A DNA stretch of 40,766 nucleotides from a virus (Duplodnaviria > Caudoviricetes). The stretch covers positions 1-40,766 of IMG/VR virus record IMGVR_UViG_3300032272_000034; one strand, given 5' to 3'. Shown here piece after piece: positions 37,462 through 40,766 of the stretch (within the stretch, counting starts at the first letter, position 1; each line of letters begins with the position of its first letter). Both the position numbers and the translations under genes were made by a program. A model generated the notes under the pieces. The model was not told where the DNA came from. It worked only from the letters and a program-made list of their open reading frames with translations, and did no database searches.

Positions 37462-38484
37462 CTATCCTACGTAAAGAACGTTAAACTTTTGATTAGCAAC
37501 ATGTGCTCCAATAGACATAGCAGACTTCAAGAAGTAATCCTCTCTGTTTTCTGCAATCTTATCCATTTTCATAGTATTAACATCAGACATTAAATCAGTT
37601 ACCCAAAATAAATGCTCTTTCTTTGCACACAATACAACGTTTTCTGGAAACGGTACGAATTCGATTTTTAATCCGTTAAACATATAAGAATCCCCACTAA
37701 CAGCGAATGCATCTTTATAGTTAGCAACATTGTTGTTAAAAATTGTAATTAACTGCTTATGAGAATAAGGAGCGTAAATTGTTGGTAATTGACCATTCTC
37801 TAAAACCTCTGCAGGAATAGCAGAATACACTTTATCATACTCAGCTTTAATGTTACTTGCATCAATAGTAGCACCCACTACTTTAAGCCTTTCACCTACA
37901 GCCGCAGCACCACCATCCCTAGATGTGTTGTAAAGTAATTTTGTTAGTAATCCGTCAAATTGACCATCTTCACCCAATGAAGCAGCCACCATAGCTTGTT
38001 CTTCTGCTCCGATAGACGTGTTTGGTACACCTGCTGTTAATCCAGCGATTGTTGCTTTTGTAGCGGCTTTAGCACCTAACCAAAAGTTACGCTCAGCGCT
38101 TAAAGAAATTCTTTTAGCATAAATACCACCAATTACTACTCTTTCAAATTCAGTAGAAAAGTTATTCCAAGCACCAGCTAACATACTTCTTTTATACCTA
38201 GAAAATCTCAATGTCTCAGGGTCAAACTCCTGATAAAACATCACTTTCTCTGGTGTAATCTCAGCATCCCAAGAATTTAAAGAACCCTGAGTTGTTGGCG
38301 CTCCACTAATCCATGCCTGCATTGTTGCAGTAGCATCCGCTTCACTAAAAATTGTTTGTGCCTTTACATCATCTTCAAAAGTTACTAAACCTTTATTTAA
38401 TGTATTATTGCTAAATAGAATTTCTTCGATGATAGGCTCTGCAGCCACACCTTTAATTGCTATTCTGTTTCCTGTTATTGCCAT
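37462..38484 (-). CDS. Major capsid protein
   Basis: 340 aa, follows protease/scaffold, FWLG and FDGLL motifs. Confidence 0.8.
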   Translation of the reverse strand: MAITGNRIAIKGVAAEPIIEEILFSNNTLNKGLVTFEDDVKAQTIFSEADATATMQAWISGAPTTQGSLNSWDAEITPEKVMFYQEFDPETLRFSRYKRSMLAGAWNNFSTEFERVVIGGIYAKRISLSAERNFWLGAKAATKATIAGLTAGVPNTSIGAEEQAMVAASLGEDGQFDGLLTKLLYNTSRDGGAAAVGERLKVVGATIDASNIKAEYDKVYSAIPAEVLENGQLPTIYAPYSHKQLITIFNNNVANYKDAFAVSGDSYMFNGLKIEFVPFPENVVLCAKKEHLFWVTDLMSDVNTMKMDKIAENREDYFLKSAMSIGAHVANQKFNVLYVG

Positions 38485-38485
38485 T

Positions 38486-38656
38486 TTATTTACTTTTTTT
38501 TATTTGTTTATGTTGTATAAAGTCGCTTAAATCCGCTCTACCTTTTTTTATCATTAATTCAGCTATTGAATCGGTTAGATTGGAATTATCAAGTAAGCTG
38601 TTAACCCCGTAAGGTCTTAATACAACACCTTTCTTTAATACGTACTTTTTCTTAAC
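38486..38656 (-). CDS. Small basic protein
   Basis: Between scaffold and capsid; start near MVKKK uncertain. Confidence 0.5.
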   Translation of the reverse strand, partial: VKKKYVLKKGVVLRPYGVNSLLDNSNLTDSIAELMIKKGRADLSDFIQHKQIKKSK

Positions 38657-39590
38657 CATTAGACTTATGGTATTGTCTAATCTGATACTCATTCATTTTG
38701 CTAAAGTCAACTTGAACAGGTGCAGAGCTAATAGAATTAGCAGCTGGCTGTTCAGATAACTTTACAAAGTCTTCTTGAAGTTTAGATAACTTAACAGTCA
38801 ATTCTTCGTTTTCTTTCTTTAAAGGCTCTAAAGAATCTTTAATTGTTTTAGATAATGATAAAACCACACCCTCTAAATCCTCCTTTGATAGTGCAACTTC
38901 AACCTCTTCAGTTTCAGCCACTACTTCAACCGTTTCTTCAACAGTTAATTCAACCACCTCTTCAGTAACTTCGGCAACCTCTTTTTCAGGTTTTAGAGCC
39001 AACGCTATTTTATTAGGTAGTTCTTTTAAAAACTCTAATACTTGGTTACTTTCCATATTTACTTGCTTATTTAATTTTACTTCCTCGAATTTCATTAGCG
39101 CATCAATGCTAAATCCATTAACCTTTCCACTCTTAACATAGTTATTCCATACTTCGTCATTATCAACCTTCATCATAGCCATCCAACTACCTTTAGGATA
39201 ATTGAATCCAAAATTAGTAGACTTATCTACCTCAGGATTTTCTATCGTCCATGTCTCAACAAACGTTACACCTTCAATACGTTCGTTAGAATGCTCTATT
39301 GTAGAGTTTGTTTGTGAAGATTGCTTTTGGAAATTGTACGCAACATCTTCAATATCTTGTTCAGAAAAGAACACATTAAACTCTTCACCACCTTGATTTC
39401 TATATATTAATTTGTTTGGCTCTAATACCAATCCCATTAAAATACGCTTTTCCTTGTCCACCTCTGCGAACTTAACCTCTTCTTGTTTTTTAAACGTCAA
39501 GAAGTCGCCCTCCATTGCTGGCTGTGAAACTAAACTAATGCCATAAACCCCTTTTAACTCAGGGTTAAATGTCGCTCTATAAGTCTTCAT
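38652..39590 (-). CDS. XkdF-like prohead protease with acidic scaffold tail
   Basis: ISLVSQPAME, TIEH, VETW, GFSID. Confidence 0.85.
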   Translation of the reverse strand: MKTYRATFNPELKGVYGISLVSQPAMEGDFLTFKKQEEVKFAEVDKEKRILMGLVLEPNKLIYRNQGGEEFNVFFSEQDIEDVAYNFQKQSSQTNSTIEHSNERIEGVTFVETWTIENPEVDKSTNFGFNYPKGSWMAMMKVDNDEVWNNYVKSGKVNGFSIDALMKFEEVKLNKQVNMESNQVLEFLKELPNKIALALKPEKEVAEVTEEVVELTVEETVEVVAETEEVEVALSKEDLEGVVLSLSKTIKDSLEPLKKENEELTVKLSKLQEDFVKLSEQPAANSISSAPVQVDFSKMNEYQIRQYHKSNG

Positions 39591-39596
39591 ACTATT

Positions 39597-39623
39597 ATAA
39601 CTACTTTTTTTTTATTTTGTTAC
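39597..39623 (-). promoter_or_regulatory. Phage late promoter GTAAC-N17-GTTAT
   Basis: Followed by AATAGT-ATG. Confidence 0.8.
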
Positions 39624-39651
39624 TATTTACTTGTATATGTAAATAAAATCA

Positions 39652-40639
39652 CTATATACTTGATTCTGTTATTTTATTACGCTCTAATTGTTGTGCTGTT
39701 GTAACTGTTGATCCAACCACAAAAGCTTGAACTGGTGGCTGCGTAGATATACTATTTGCAATCTGATTACTGCCTGTTCCTTCAACTAAGCTAAAACTAG
39801 GAGCATTAAAACTTGGTTCAGCTCCTCTACCAGAAACACCTCCACTACCAGAGGTTCCGTTCCCTGTTGCTAATATCCTAGCTAACTGTGTAGCACTAAA
39901 TAGACCAGCACTAATGGCTTGTGTAATTGGATAAGAAGGGTTTAATGCTGTTATAGGTGAAGCTTGTGCTGTTTTATACGCATTTTGAACAGACTCAATA
40001 CCTCCACGAACCACACTTGCTACAGCTATTGCTTTACCTACTTTTGCAGCAGTACCGCCTAGAGCTATTAATAGATTTGATGTTCTAGTAAGCATCTTAC
40101 GCTTAGAATCTTCTGCAATCTCTGTATATTCAGCATTCTTTAATATAGCGTCCAACCTTTCATTCTCTCTAATAGTATCTAAATCAGATTCCGCTTGTAA
40201 ATTAGCTTCGTATTCATCGAATAATTCAGCTCTTGCGTCTCTTATTAATCCATTATAATAAGTTCTTATTTCTAACTTTTGCTCCTCAGTAGCTCCTAGC
40301 GCTTCAAGTTCTAGTAAGTCACGCTCTAGTTGACGTTCTACCTTATCAATCTGTAATGTATCCTCTAAATCTTCTTGCTTACGTCTAAACTGTTCTTGTA
40401 TTGCTAGTATTCTTTCTTGACGCTTTTTCTCCTTCTCTTTAGGGTCTTTTTCGTCACCACCACTAAGTATCAAGTCTTTAATAGCGCCTAAATTAGATAA
40501 AACCTCTATTGATTTTTCAAACTCCTCTATTTCTTTTCTATTGAAATTCTTTAAAGCATCAAACCTGTCGTTTATCCTCTTCTCTCTTTTTTTATAAGCC
40601 TCAGACTCCCTGTCTAATTGCTTAGGTATTCTGTTTATA
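39652..40639 (-). CDS. Tape measure protein, C-terminal part
   Basis: In frame with ATG 914 across the junction; coiled coil, Ala/Gly-rich, VQAFVV end. Confidence 0.85.
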
Positions 40640-40766
40640 TAAGCTTCTCTTCTTCTTTCTATAAACTCATCAGGTGTCTCTCCCTCTACAAAACCACTAC
40701 CAACACCAGCCGTTTTTATCTTCTCTAACCGTTGCTCCTCTAGTAATAATATCTGACCTTGTTTTT
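40640..40766. repeat. Terminal direct repeat copy
   Basis: Identical to 1-127. Confidence 0.95.

Noticed and set aside
21216-39396. ORFs 21216, 23870, 24366, 24523, 25829, 27311, 27603, 27962, 28298, 28931, 35638, 39202
   Set aside because: Shadow ORFs overlapping better-supported genes or cassette sites.
1-40766. tRNA genes or stop-codon recoding
   Set aside because: No cloverleaf noticed by eye; core genes are intact in the standard code.

Overview
Apparently complete, circularly assembled ~40.6 kb AT-rich tailed phage genome (a 127-bp terminal overlap splits the tape-measure gene). Bacteroidota-type TTTG-N19-TAnnTTTG promoters point to a Flavobacteriia-like host. It encodes terminase, portal, prohead protease, capsid, siphovirus-like tail, tailspike, lysis, replication/recombination genes and an ECF-like sigma factor with four matching promoters. 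No integrase or repressor was recognised. The main unexplained structure is two oppositely oriented arrays (11.9-15.9 kb and 25.0-29.2 kb), each with 8 units delimited by integron attC-like imperfect hairpins (AAC...GTT). Both arrays begin at the same 18-bp attI-like sequence. The genes run antisense to the canonical cassette orientation. In 11 units the gene starts inside the ~200-bp hairpin loop and reads through a hairpin arm. Three unrelated DNA methyltransferases sit in one homologous cassette chassis. All protein calls come from motif recognition by eye and were not checked by database search.
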